This document shows, in pieces, positions 1-15,070 of a DNA stretch of 64,000 nucleotides; the stretch's first letter is position 1, and each line of letters begins with the position of its first letter. Under the pieces are notes generated by a model. That model saw only the letters and a program-made list of their open reading frames with translations, had not been told where the DNA came from and made no database searches. Source of the DNA: Eledone cirrhosa (lineage: Eukaryota). The stretch covers positions 28,892,001 through 28,956,000 of the forward strand of contig OZ024756.1 of NCBI GenBank assembly GCA_964016885.1. Reading direction: 5' to 3'. The translations under genes and the position numbers were made by a program.

Positions 1-666
1 TTTGGTTGTCAAAATTAGGGTGCGTCTTCGAGGACGAAGCATCTTCGGCACCGGGAAATACAGTAAGCAACGTTTTCGTTACCTTCATCTTATCGTCTAT
101 TTTGCATTGTTTGACTTAAAATCACTTTCCACATTATATATTATATACAATGCTTCAAGCGAACTATAACATTTTATTACAGTGTAATATATAACATGAT
201 ATAGAGAAGGAAAGTTACAGCTCACACCTATACAGGTTTAGCTAGGGGTTGTATTCCACAGTGTTTTAATGATACCAGTTCTAGTTTTAGCATAAATAAA
301 GCAATGGGAAATATATTGTTTTCTGAAGGATGCGATCTACCACCCTGCACCGGCCATTTATCGCTTGTATACAGGAAATTGACTGGCCAGTCTGCTGATA
401 TGCTAATCTGGCTGATCAGTGGATCCGCTATTATGCAAATCTGACTAATCAGCCAGTCTGCTAATATGCAAATCAGGCCGATCAGTCACTGTATATTTTA
501 GAAAATAGCATATATTATCACAAGCTCTGACAGTTTGGCAGGTGAACAGTGAGCTGTACTGATGAAGGGCTCATTCTACTGACATGGCTATAAAAATGAG
601 GCTTGTTTGCATAATTGCAAACGAATCGAATGTTATTATTAATATTCGAAAAACTCAGATTACATT

Positions 667-709
<43 letters not shown>

Positions 710-878
710 TATATATATGTGTGTGTGTGTGACATACGGCATGTCTAGGCCATTTTAAAACCTGACGGAGCCCACCTCCTGCCGCGGTCCGAATACACCA
801 GATTTCTTCCAGAAAAAGAGAAAGAGAGTGAGAAAGGGATATAGAGGAAGAATCGACACCAGTACTAGACGGGTACTA

Positions 879-929
<51 letters not shown>

Positions 930-1103
930 ACATATTAAACAACCCATTTGTGGCGCCTCCCCCCTATTGGGGATTTCGATTGTTGAAATTGTTTGTTTTT
1001 GTATTTTTTACACGACTGTATGTAAAATCCCCGGCATGTCTTTGTATTGTCCCCTTTTTTTGTTGCGCCCTTGTGGCTAATAAAGAAATCTATCTATACA
1101 TGC

Positions 1104-1145
<42 letters not shown>

Positions 1146-1495
1146 CTATTGACCAATATTCAATACACGTTACTTACTAAAATAATTATTCCCTATCCAA
1201 TGGTTTTGTCTTCAGTACAGTTTCCGATGCAGTGAACAATTCTAAAACAACATCTTCAGCATCAGATAATATATATTAATATATTGTGTAACATTAATGT
1301 CTGTTGAAAATAGAATAAATTCGAAAATTTGTTGGTCGTTTCTCTCTCCTTTGGATAGCGTTACTGACGTCATATTCCTGACGTCATATTCATGACGTCA
1401 TAGGCATATCTGAAGATTAATGACTGAACGGTGGCGACATTGGTAGAAATACTCATTCTTTTAATTTACAACGCCACTCCCAACGTTCATTCATA

Positions 1496-1589
<94 letters not shown>

Positions 1590-2087
1590 ACGAAAGAACT
1601 TTGATAGACTATATATATATATATATTTATATCTGTATTTTTAACCGCTGGTCAATCAATGATAAACATTGATTGCCAGATAAATTAACAATGGAGATAT
1701 AAAAGATACAGAAGCGAAAACCAATCCAAACCAAACAGTGAGTGTATTTTATTATTGTTTTTTACACGCAGAAATGCCCATTTGTACCGTCCTGCATTGT
1801 CCTGCACTGTCCTTAATGTCTACTTTATGTAAACCCTTGTGGTTAATAAAGAAATCATTATTATTTCTATCAATAATCGATAAAATAAAGTACCAGTAAT
1901 GCACTGGGTAATTGCTGGCCTTGTGCCTAAAGTAGAAACAATTATTATTTCTAGCAATAATCGATAAAATAAAGTACCAGTAATGCACTGGGTAATTGCT
2001 GGCCTTGTGCCTAAAGTAGAAACAATTATTATTTCTAGCAATATTATAACAATATGACCCTCCCCTAATATAACAATATATATATAC

Positions 2088-2385
2088 ATATATGATGGCT
2101 GCAAACTCTGCTAAGAGTATTGCAATCGCTTGTCAGGTTCAGATGTGTGACGCTCGGATATGACTTTTCAAGCCTGCTAGTGACTTGCACCATTTTGCAC
2201 ATTGACGACAACTATGGATCTTCCTGGCCTCAGGTCTTGCATCAGGTTGCCTGTGAACCTTCACAATACCGTGGAGATCATAGTGCACTGGTTCTCTTTG
2301 AACATGACTGCGACTGTGGCTCCTGAGACCAGATTTGCTCAAGCACATTTTTCCACACTCAAGACACTTCAATTCAATACACGCG
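2088..2385 (-). mobile_element. LINE 3' end with two C2H2 zinc-finger motifs
   Basis: CLECGKMCLSKSGLRSHSRSH and CRQCAKWCKSLAGLKSHIRASH*, then 3' terminus ..gcagccatc + microsatellite. Confidence 0.65.
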
Positions 2386-2415
2386 CACACACACACGCAC
2401 GCACACACACACACA

Positions 2416-2527
<112 letters not shown>

Positions 2528-3194
2528 AAGAAAATGCTCACGCGCAGAAATGCTATAAAGATAGCTTATAAAATGGGGTGAAGACCTATCCAATGGTTTT
2601 GTCTTCAGTACAGTTTCCAATGCAGTGAACAATTCTAAAACAACATCTTCAGCATCAGATAATATATATTAATATATTGTGTAACATTAATGTCTGTTGA
2701 AAATAGAATAAATTCGAAAATTTGTTGGTCGTTTGGCAGTATCGGTAGAGTGTCAGACACCATGTTTTGCAGCATAGTTATGGCCCTTTACGGACTGAGT
2801 TCAAATCCGCCGAGGTTAACTTTGCCTTTCATAAGGATGAAAGGCAAAGTTAACGAGGTCGATAAAATAAAGTACCAGTGGTGCACTGGGGTAATCGGTG
2901 GCCCTGTGCCAAAAGTAGAAACTCTTTAAAAGAGAGAAAAAAGAAGTTGCCACTGGCCGCTACGAATATATAAGTATATATCTGGAACATATGGGGTCCA
3001 ATTCCTAGCGGCCGATGGTAACTTCTTGTTCTGTCTTTTAAAGGTCTTCGCCACATTTTATAAGCTAGGAAAGGTGATATCATCAGTTTAGGAGTCGGTG
3101 ACGCTGGCTGGAGGTGACGGCAAGTTGAGTGTTGAGGCTTAGAAAGAACATATATGTATACACGTATGTATGTATGTATGTATGTATGTATGTA

Positions 3195-4135
3195 GGAGAA
3201 GGAAAACTCTGATATAACACCTGCAACCCTGATGGTATCCAATGATGTTGACTTGTTCTTCTTTTTGGTAAATATCATCTTGGTTAAGAGAGTGGGACTG
3301 GTTTTGTGCAGTGCCTTTGCTCACCATAAAAGCTTCACGGCACAGGCATTGCTTTATATCTGGAGATCTCTCTGCACTTGTCGTCACATGGAACCATGGG
3401 CCCAGCACTGTGTGTCAATAATTGTCACAAGTGTAGTGTTTGTACCAGAGTTTTCAAGTCGCTGGCTGGACTAAAATGCCACACTCGTTCAGCGCATCGG
3501 TAGAGGTTCTCCTACATGGATATAAAGTAGTGGCCGTACTCGAAAACGAGTTGGCAGCCACCATATATATATATATGTGTGTATGTGTGTATGTATATCG
3601 GGTCAATCTTGAGTGCTACTGGCAACATGTAACCCAGTATAACCTGTCGCATGGTCGGGTCGTCGGCGACCCCACCAAGTTTGCTTGGTGAGGAGAGTGA
3701 TTTTGGATACCCTGCGAGACAAAAAAACAAAACCTGACAAAGGACGGAAAGAACTAATGAGTCAACGGTTATCCAAAAGTGTGTAAATATGTGTATATAT
3801 GCGCGGAGGCGTAGAAATAATCGGGCTGGATACCTGATCACGCGGTTAAACCACACGCTCTGAAGGACCCCTAGCCTTTGTCAGGGCATTCTTCTAGAAG
3901 GCAACTCAGGAAACTGGGATAACTCCGACATAAAACCTGCGACTCAGTAGTTACCGATGATGTTGATCTTTTCTTCTTTTCGGGTTATAGCTACTGTCGC
4001 TCAGAGAATGGGATTGGCTCAGTGCACAGTCTTTCCTCACTTAAAAAAAATATCTTCACGATAGAATTAATTAATAATTATTAATAATGGTATATCGTGC
4101 AATGGCCATACTCTGATAACGAGGGGGCAGCCATT
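3195..4135 (+). mobile_element. Two related short RTE-like non-autonomous elements (3195-3565 and about 3600-4135)
   Basis: Homologous segments 3195-3340 and 3895-4060; ZF remnant CSVCTRVFKSLAGLKCHTRSAH*; shared end tggccRtactcg..cgag..gcagcca. Confidence 0.55.
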
Positions 4136-4423
4136 ATGTATGTATGTATGTATGTACGTAGGTAGGTATGCATGTACGTAAGTATGTATGTATGTATGTA
4201 AGTAAGTATTATGTATGTAGGTATCTATGTATATTTGTATGTATATACATTTATATATATACACATATATATATATATGTGTGTGTATGTATGTGTGTGT
4301 ATGTATGTGTGTGCGTGTGTATGCGTGATGAATAGATAAGCTAAACTCAGGAAATGCAATATAGGCTAACTGCATTCTCTGCTGCAGCACGATTGGTCAA
4401 CTGCACAGTGACGTCACCACTTG

Positions 4424-4454
<31 letters not shown>

Positions 4455-4782
4455 AGTATGCATGTATACGTACATACATATATGTATACAGACGTACAGT
4501 AGCATGCACATATATATATATATATATACATATATATACACATATGCATACAGGTACACATACATATATGCACGTATCAGTTTAGCGGCGCTAAACTGAT
4601 ACGTGCATATATGTATGTGTACCTGTATGCATATGTGTATATATATGTATATATATATATATATATGTGCATGCTACTGTACGTCTGTATACATATATGT
4701 ATGTACGTATACATGCATACTTACATTTAAGTAAGTGCCATACTAAGAGTGAGAAATGAAATTTCGTTTTCATTTTGTTTCA

Positions 4783-4819
<37 letters not shown>

Positions 4820-5199
4820 TGTGTTTTGCGAGGTTTTTGATATGAAATCGTGTGTCGAAACAAATATTGTTATACTTGGGGAGGGTCATATTGTTGTAAT
4901 AATATTGCCAGAGAAATAATTGTTTCTACTTTTAGCACAAGGCCAGCAACTACCCAGTACATTACTGGTACTTTATTTTATCGACCCCGTAAGGATGTGA
5001 AAGGCAAAGTCAACCTCGGCGGGATTTGAACTCAGATCGTAAAGGGACGTAACTCTATGCTGGAAAGCATGGCGTCCGACTCTCTACCGATACTACCAAT
5101 CCACCGCCCTTTATTTTGTCAGAAATAATAACAGAACACACTCACTGTTTGGTTGGTTAAAGCAGCGATTCTTTGCTTAAACTCTAATCTGTTATTTTA

Positions 5200-5388
<189 letters not shown>

Positions 5389-5550
5389 ATAAAATAACAG
5401 ATTAAAGTTTAAGCAAAGAATCGCTGCTTTCACCCTTAACGGAATCTTCTGAAACTTAAATAAATATTTGCTCTACGGTTCTTATATATTTGATATATAT
5501 TTATTCTTATCGAGCCCTCTTTGGATTTTAGTCTTCAAATTTATTATTAT

Positions 5551-5636
<86 letters not shown>

Positions 5637-5756
5637 ATACATATATATACATCATATACATATATATATACATCATATACATATATATATATATACGTAT
5701 ATATATATATATACATATATATATACGTATATATATATATACATATATATATATAC

Positions 5757-5856
<100 letters not shown>

Positions 5857-6140
5857 GTGTGCACGTATTTATGTTCTTCTGGTTTTATGATTATATAAAT
5901 TTTACCAATAGAGAAAAAGTCGGTTTCCAACATAGACACAAGACTCTCTCATTGGAATTTAAACAACATCAACTAAGTAGATATGTATGTGTGTGTAGAT
6001 TAGTATGTAAGTACATGTGCGTGCGTGTGTGTGTTATTCAAGACAAACACAGACAAAATTACATAATTATATCTATTCATGTATGTATCTGCTCACATAT
6101 ATATATGTATATATATATATGTATATATATGTATGTATAT

Positions 6141-6288
<148 letters not shown>

Positions 6289-6318
6289 TATATGTATATA
6301 TATATATGTATATATATG

Positions 6319-6429
<111 letters not shown>

Positions 6430-6467
6430 GTATATATATATATATGTATGTATGTATATATATATAT

Positions 6468-6543
<76 letters not shown>

Positions 6544-6595
6544 GTATATATATGTATATATATATATACACATGTATATATATGTATATATATAT

Positions 6596-6670
<75 letters not shown>

Positions 6671-6682
6671 TTAGGTTACTTA

Positions 6683-6764
<82 letters not shown>

Positions 6765-7550
6765 ATTGGGTTACTTAAATGCCATCCGCATTTGTTTGTG
6801 AATTAATTGTAAAAGAGAAACAAAACGAAATTTCCTGTATTTTCTGTACAGTTATTACATCAGTTATTTGTAATTTTGACGAAAGACAAATATTACTAAG
6901 TCGAGTTTGTGTCGTAAATGACATGTTATTATCTTCAAATCTATATCACAATATCGTATTTCTTTAGAGATACGAAATTCCAATACATATCTGTATACAG
7001 CTATGCATGAAACTAAATCCTGATTCTATTATATATAACAATAAAAATGGTGACGTAATTTTGCATCACAACAGTAAGGCAGATATCTAATAGTAAATGA
7101 ATCACCAACTCCTTGTGGATAACTGATGGTTTGAAAAACAATAGTTTATTTTTATGACTGAATGACGCAGTCGAACCTTTTATACCCATTATTAAAAATA
7201 AAGGGTTGTGGATTGGCAGTATCGGTAGAGGGTAAGACGCCATGCTTTGCAGCATAGAGTTACGCCGCTTTACGGTTTGAGTTTAAATCCAGCTGAGGCT
7301 AACTTTGCCTTTCATCCTTACAGGGTCGATAAAATAAAGTACCAGTCACGCACTGGGGTGGATTTAATCGACTTTCTCCTCCCACCAAATCAGTGTCTAT
7401 ATAAGAAACCATTATCAAAAATATCGTTTGGAGATGTATTTTTTTATATTTTTAGATTTATATTTCAACTGCACACCTGCTCTTATTAACTTTATAAACT
7501 TTTGTAATGCTTATGATGATTCCAGCTAGGATGAAACGATCGTAAGTAAT

Positions 7551-7642
<92 letters not shown>

Positions 7643-7667
7643 CATATATATACACACATATATATAT

Positions 7668-7712
<45 letters not shown>

Positions 7713-7729
7713 TACATATATATATATAC

Positions 7730-7782
<53 letters not shown>

Positions 7783-8031
7783 CATATATATACATAAATA
7801 TATATATATATAAATATATATATATATACATATATACACATATATACACATATATATACATATACATATATATATATACATATATATACATATATATATA
7901 CATATATATATACATGTATATATATATACCTATATATATACATATATATATACACACATATATATACACATATATATATATACGCATATATATATATATA
8001 CATATATACATATATATATACATATATATAT

Positions 8032-8076
<45 letters not shown>

Positions 8077-8077
8077 C

Positions 8078-8137
<60 letters not shown>

Positions 8138-8151
8138 ATATATACATAAAT

Positions 8152-8182
<31 letters not shown>

Positions 8183-8296
8183 CATATATACACATATACA
8201 CATATATATATATATATACATATATATACATGTATATATATATACCTATATATATACATATATATATACACATATATATACACACATATATATATA

Positions 8297-8355
<59 letters not shown>

Positions 8356-8414
8356 GTGTATATATGTATATATATATATATTTATATATATATATATTTA
8401 TGTATATATATATG

Positions 8415-8481
<67 letters not shown>

Positions 8482-8970
8482 ATATATATATATGTATATA
8501 TATATGTATATATATATATACATATATATAAGTTATTCCGTGTTGAAGCAGAGGTCACCACAGTAAGTAAGGTACTCAATACATAGCAGAGTATAAATGT
8601 TTTAATATAGAAGAGCTTCTACAGGACTAGAACTGTTTCATTCGTGAGAAATCATCATGATTTCTCACGAATGAAACAGTTCTAGTCCTGTAGAAGCTCT
8701 TCTATATTAATATATATATATATATAGAGAGAGAGAGAAGCAAAAGGGATATTCAATTTGTTGATAATTCAACAAATATAAATGTTTATAACTGATTCAA
8801 AGCACCCGACAATTTTTCTGGAGTATAATATTCAATGATATTAAATAAATGGAAACTATATTTATAAAATCATATTTATTCTATTATATATATTTCAAGG
8901 GTACCCTTGAAATATATATAATAGAATAAGTATGGTTTCATAAATATAGTTTCCATTTATTTAATATCAT

Positions 8971-9005
<35 letters not shown>

Positions 9006-9087
9006 TCATATTTTATATATTTTATATATTCATATTTTATTTTATATATATATATATATATATAAAATCAGTCTGTGAATGCATAAG

Positions 9088-9118
<31 letters not shown>

Positions 9119-9129
9119 TCCCCTCTTTT

Positions 9130-9670
9130 TCTTAGTCTGGCTGTCTGCATTAGATAACGTTTTTCGAAATATTTACTTATGCATTCACAGACTGATTTTT
9201 TAAGTTCAGAAGATCCCGTTAAGGGTGAAAGCAGCGATTCTTTGCTTAAACTTTAAACTGTTATTTTAATATATATATTTGTGTACAGATAATTTTGCAT
9301 ACACAAAAACAAAAAGCTATTTAGTTCACGAAAGCACAGACAGCTTATCGTCATTGTTACTTTTCGAGGTTAGAGGACCACAGTCTTTCCAAGATCTGAG
9401 AACCATCAATGGCCATCAATGTTCCACTTACCGTTTGGCTTGCCAGAACAACCACCGCGAAAGTCTAGCTGAGGACCGCACACGCAGACACAATCCGAAC
9501 GTAACATACGATGTCGATTTCAATGAGGCGCTCATTTGTCTTGAAAACAGTGTCCTGGAGATTGGTGGTAGGCCTCTAAGTCACTACAGCTTACCTGCTC
9601 CTAACAGGAGTGTCCAGAGGTCAACGTCTACAGAGTTTCTCCGCGAGACGAGCTACGAGATCAATGATTC
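9130..9670 (+). mobile_element. Helitron fragment (RepHel relic)
   Basis: LLLFEVRGPQSFQDLRTINGHQCSTYRLAC and NEALICLE...GGRPLSHYSLPAP.R...EFLRETSY; 9130-9340 matches the interior of the 31171 element. Confidence 0.85.
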
Positions 9671-10056
9671 TTCCATGGTCACTTGTATGTAAGATGCTCT
9701 AGGGTGAGCTCGCCAAACAATGTTGTATACTCTGAGGCTCTAACAATGTAATTTAAATGTTTTCTGTTACTTGGAATTTCCATTATGGTTGTACAAATTA
9801 TTGTTTCTTAAAAATGTGTTTTCTGTTCAGCCTTTATTGTTGTAACTATCAACTTTCTTTAACGTACTGGCTGCTGAACTGGGGAATCCTAAAAACTATT
9901 CAAACCCAACATCAGAGGACGTTAACCCCCCCCCCCCTCGCTGACTTGAGAGGGCGTGCGGTATCTTTGCACTAGAGTGTAGGGGGGATTCCTGAAAAGA
10001 TAAAATGCTGGTATACCTAGCCAGGCATAAATACCACCATATTAATTTGGACAGTC

Positions 10057-10107
10057 AGCTTCCTGATGATCTTTCACGAATGAAACAGTTCTAGTCCTGT
10101 AGAAGCT
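10057..10107 (+). ncRNA. Type I hammerhead ribozyme (family A, Penelope-like terminal repeat)
   Basis: AGCTTC-CTGATGA-stem II-GAAA-CAG(ttctagtc)CTG-TA-GAAGCT. Confidence 0.85.
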
Positions 10108-10248
10108 TTTCTATATTAAACTTATATATATATATATATATATATATAGGAACGAGTCCTACTCGTTCCTATTACCCACTCTACTACCCTAAGTATTGAG
10201 TACTTTGGTGCGTTATGGTCCACCTGGTTCCTTACCACATTTCTTCCG

Positions 10249-10338
<90 letters not shown>

Positions 10339-10792
10339 GTATATATACATGTATATATACATATATATATATTTAAAGAATATACCAATACCTTCTAAGG
10401 ATGAATTCTTACTTCTTATGATACAAAAAAACAACCAATTCATCAAAAGGGTCAGATGGAGGACCTACCACTTTGATAAAAAAACAAAATGTACTGATAA
10501 GAAATATTTATATGATTTCACTACATATAAGAACCCACCACACAACTCCTTGCTTGAAAACTTCGAGAAAGACCTTTTTAACTTAATCACTTTTCATTCA
10601 AAATACTCTTTCCATTCAAAACTGAAGTCTGCATTCCTCTACCCCTAAATTAAATTTCTACTACTACTATTCTATCAACTTGACCACTTACTACTTTTCT
10701 ATTGGTCAATTCAAAACCTGTTCCCAAACAGACCTATTATATTAAATCTTTGTTGGTTTTTTTCAATAAACAAATATCATTATTTCTGAAGA

Positions 10793-10976
10793 GGGCGGTG
10801 GATTGATAGTATCGGTAGAGGGTCGGACGCCATGTTTCCAGCATAGTTACCTCCCTTTACGATCTGAGTTCAAATCCCGCCGACGTTAACTTTGCCTTTC
10901 ATCCTTACGGGGTCGATAAAATAAAGTACCAGTAATGCACTGGGTATTTTCTGACCTTGTGCCTAAAGTAGAAACA
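10793..10976 (+). mobile_element. tRNA-derived SINE (about 185 bp, MetaSINE-like core) with 14-bp TSD
   Basis: A box TGRYAGTATCGG, B box GAGTTCAAATCC, core GCCTTTCATCCTTACGGGGTCGATAAAATAAAGTACCAG; TSD ATTATTTCTGAAGA. Other singletons near 2733-2922(+), 4918-5110(-), 7203-7385(+), 20229-20415(-), 30378-30735, 55848-56037(+). Confidence 0.88.
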
Positions 10977-11110
10977 ATTATTTCTGAAGACAGCATATAT
11001 ATGTGTAGGTATGTATATTCCCTCTGATAGTTTGTAAAACTTTTACATAGATCTATGTGATACACATACCAACACACACACATATATCCTAGAAACGATC
11101 GTAAAATGAT
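10977..11110 (+). ncRNA. Hammerhead with about 100-nt stem II insert (family D); second copy at 33603-33750
   Basis: ATTATTT-CTGAAGA...GAAA-CGATCG-TA-AAATGAT; second copy ATTATTT-CTGAAGA...GAAACGATCGTT-AAATAAT. Confidence 0.6.
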
Positions 11111-11190
11111 GAATTTTTTAATATAAGGAACTGTTTCTTTGTTTTTATTCATTATTTTTATTAATTTAATTTACATATATATATATATAC

Positions 11191-11302
<112 letters not shown>

Positions 11303-11482
11303 AAGGTTAAAGTTAACTCTATCTAATTGTGTGAACCTAGCCTTCTTCGAGGGTTTAAGGATATGTTAAACCAATCTATGACCATTACATACATATATAT
11401 ATACACACACACACACGCACATATATATATATATATATATATGCGTGTGTGTGTGTGTATGTATGTATATATGTATATACAT

Positions 11483-11529
<47 letters not shown>

Positions 11530-11751
11530 CATATATATATATATGTATATATATGGCGGTGCCCCAGCATGGCCTCAGCCGGATGGCTGAAACAGGTAAA
11601 AGAGAATATATATATACATATATATATATATACATATATATATACATATATATATATACATATATATATACACATATATATATATATACATATATATATA
11701 CACATATATATATATATATATATATACATATATATATTTGCATATATATAC

Positions 11752-11783
<32 letters not shown>

Positions 11784-11784
11784 G

Positions 11785-11834
<50 letters not shown>

Positions 11835-11959
11835 AACAACATGGTAATTGTTTATAATTATATAACATTCACATTAAAGATGCAGGTGTTGTTGTTGTTG
11901 TTGTAAAGAATAGACGGATGTATAAACGAATTCAGAAACGAAATATATACATATATATA

Positions 11960-12132
<173 letters not shown>

Positions 12133-12313
12133 ATCTTATTATTTTTATTTCTTTGGTAATTATTTTTAGAGGTTAAGGGTCGCGGTGGGATGAGTGACGG
12201 TGACGTTACCGTTTCTATAGTAACCATTTCTTAGAAAAATGTAGTATGGCGTGTTGCGTGTGGTATGTCCAGGGGAGACATAATTGGGGTTTCTGGGAAC
12301 GGATAGTGGTGTT

Positions 12314-12351
<38 letters not shown>

Positions 12352-12865
12352 ATTGTTGTTGTTAATGTTGTCATTGTTGTTATTGCTGTTGCTAATGTTG
12401 TTGTTGTTGTTAATGTTTTTGTTGCTAACGTTGTTGTTGTTAATCTTGGCTTCCTCACTACCACTATGGCTCTCCCCTTCCCCAACCACTATGGCCCTGC
12501 CCCCACCACTATGGCCCTGCTCCCACCACTATGGCTCTCCCCTTCCCCAACCACTATGGCCCTGCCCCCACTACTATGGTTCTCCCCTTCTTCAATCACT
12601 ATGGCCCTTCCCCCACCACTATGGGTCTCCCCTTCCCCCACCACCAAGTCCCCACCACTATGGCTCTCCCTTTCCCCAACCACTGTGGCCCTGCCCACAC
12701 CACTATGGCTCTCCCCTTCTTCAACCACTATGGCCCTGCCCCCACCACTATGGGTCTCACCTTCCCCCACCACTAAGTCCCCACCACTACGGCTCTCCCC
12801 TTCCCCAACCACTATGGCTGGCCCTGCCCCCACCACTATGCCCCCCCACCACCACCACTACTATC
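12314..12865. repeat. (GTT)n tract followed by C-rich CCACCACTATGGC minisatellite
   Basis: About 21-27 bp units. Confidence 0.9.
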
Positions 12866-13369
12866 GACTAAATGTCTTTGTTACCAACATGTAGATGGTG
12901 TTGGTATTGGACCTCCGTCAGTTACCACGATGAGTATTACAGTTGTTTGACCAGCGGCTCGTGAAATTAACGTGAAAGTAACTCGCTGAGCATTCCACCC
13001 ACAGACACGTGTACCCTTAATATAGTTCTCAGGGAGACTCAACGTGAGAATAGTGTAAAACGTGGTTGGTCCTTTGAATTATACGAAGTTCGGCTGAAAA
13101 ATTCATAGGCTGACCAAGATACTCTCATGGAATGACCAAATGAGGTTTATTTTTCAACATAGTCCCGAGAAAGAAACAATGCAGTTATTAATGAGAAGAG
13201 ATGAAATTAATGCATGCAAGATTTCACAGCTCTAGCATCACTCTGTTATATTCAGCCTATCAACTTTTCAGCCGACCGTCATATATATATATATATAGTA
13301 ATAATAATAAATGTGAAGACTAAAATCCGAAGAGGGCTCGATAAGAATAATATATATATCAAATATATA

Positions 13370-13408
<39 letters not shown>

Positions 13409-13420
13409 GTGTGTGTGTGT

Positions 13421-13775
13421 GTGGATGGGTGCTACCCGAGAATGCTGAGGATGGCTCTGAACATTAATCAGTATACACTGAGGATGAAAAACTCAGAGCT
13501 GTATGGGAGCATCCCAAAAGTCAGCTCAAAAGTGACACAGAGGAGACTGAGGTTGGCTGGACATGCTCACCGACATCCAGAGTTGACATTGCACTCAGTG
13601 CTCCTTTGGGAGCCCCTACATGGACACACTAGAAGAGGAAGACCAAGGTTAACATATGTTGATGCCCTAAGGACAGACACTGGTCTGTTGGAGTTGCAGG
13701 ATATGGCAGTGATAATGAGGGACAGAGACCGCTGGAGAGAACTCGTCCATGGATCTCGGGAATTTTACCCGCCTT

Positions 13776-13777
<2 letters not shown>
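13421..13777 (+). mobile_element. 5'-truncated RTE-group LINE (ORF C-terminus)
   Basis: DGCYPRMLRMALNI...ELYG..PKVS.KV.QRRLRLAGH..RHPE.....LLWEP.HG...RGRP..TYVD.L..DTG...M.DRD.W. Confidence 0.88.
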
Positions 13778-13820
<43 letters not shown>

Positions 13821-14035
13821 CATTCATACATACATACATATATGTATATATATACATATACATACATACATATATGTATATATATATATACATATACATA
13901 CATACACACACACATATATATATATATATACACACACATACACACACACATATATATATACATACACACACACGCGCACACACGCGCACACACACACATA
14001 CACATATATATATATATGAATGTATGTATGTATGT

Positions 14036-14140
14036 CCACAGCCGACTATTCTCAGTGAATGTTTTGGTTGCCGACTCTGTGCAAGACATTTTAGATCATT
14101 GGCTGGGCTAAAAAGCCACATTCGATCGCAGCGCTGTTAG
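14036..14140 (+). mobile_element. LINE C2H2 zinc-finger remnant
   Basis: CRLCARHFRSLAGLKSHIRSQRC*, same family as the 2088 and 3195 elements. Confidence 0.6.
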
Positions 14141-14234
14141 TTGCTATCGTGTGTGTGTGTGTGTGTATAGACATGTTTATGTGTGTGCGTGTATGTGTAT
14201 ATATATATGTATATGTATATGTATATTGTTGTTG

Positions 14235-14640
14235 TCGTTAGAAAGGTGAGGGTGGAGAGAGAAGTGCTGCCCCCCCCCCCCCAGTACATTTGCTAAAAGG
14301 TGGGTGAATGTGGCGAGAATGGCTCGTGTGAATGGGCCTACTCTGACCATGCGCCTATAGGCTAGCTAACTTGAGGAGAGGGGTGCTCTCCCTGGGTGCC
14401 CTAGAAGCGCAGGGTGGTTCAGGATTGGTGGGGTACCCGAATCACCCCAGGGTCGTCCACCCCCTAACGGGGAATTTATTTTGTTATATTTATGCATAGT
14501 TTATTTTATATTTTTATATTTTCATTGTTAAATTAGTTGTTGCCATTGGGCACCTTTACTCCACCTTATTGTAAACCCCCACTGTCCCTGTCTTTGTATT
14601 GTCCCCTACATGTCGGCCCTTGTGGCTAATAAATGAAATC
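14235..14640 (+). mobile_element. Tx1/L1-like LINE 3' end; related tails at 940-1090 and 1780-1857
   Basis: RKVRVEREVL....FAKRWVNVARM; common terminus cccttgtggYtaataaa(t)gaaatc followed by a microsatellite. Confidence 0.55.
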
Positions 14641-14870
14641 GTTATCATTATAGTTGTTATTATTATTATTATTATTGTTATTAATGTATATGTGTGTATA
14701 TATATGTGTGTATATATGTATGTGTATATGTGTATATATATATATATATTTCTTTTTTTTCTTTTTATTTTATTTTTTATTTATTTATTAATTTTTTTTT
14801 TTCTCCTCGTACAATGGCCATACTCGATAACGAGGGGGCAGCCATCATGTATGTATGTATGTATATGCAT

Positions 14871-15070
14871 NNNNNNNNNNNNNNNNNNNNNNNNNNNNNN
14901 NNNNNNNNNNNNNNNNNNNNNNNNNNNNNNNNNNNNNNNNNNNNNNNNNNNNNNNNNNNNNNNNNNNNNNNNNNNNNNNNNNNNNNNNNNNNNNNNNNNN
15001 NNNNNNNNNNNNNNNNNNNNNNNNNNNNNNNNNNNNNNNNNNNNNNNNNNNNNNNNNNNNNNNNNNNNNN
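14871..15070. other. Assembly gap (200 N)
   Basis: N run. Confidence 1.

Larger units (their letters stand above)
10370..11170 (+). mobile_element. Internally deleted Penelope-like retroelement (ORF N-terminus + hammerhead repeat)
   Basis: [34 protein letters not shown]...PP....[12 protein letters not shown] resembles N-termini of invertebrate PLE proteins; embedded in (TA)n. Confidence 0.7.

Noticed and set aside
12284-12894. Extensin/mucin-like Pro-rich ORFs
   Set aside because: Minisatellite open in several frames, with no splice support
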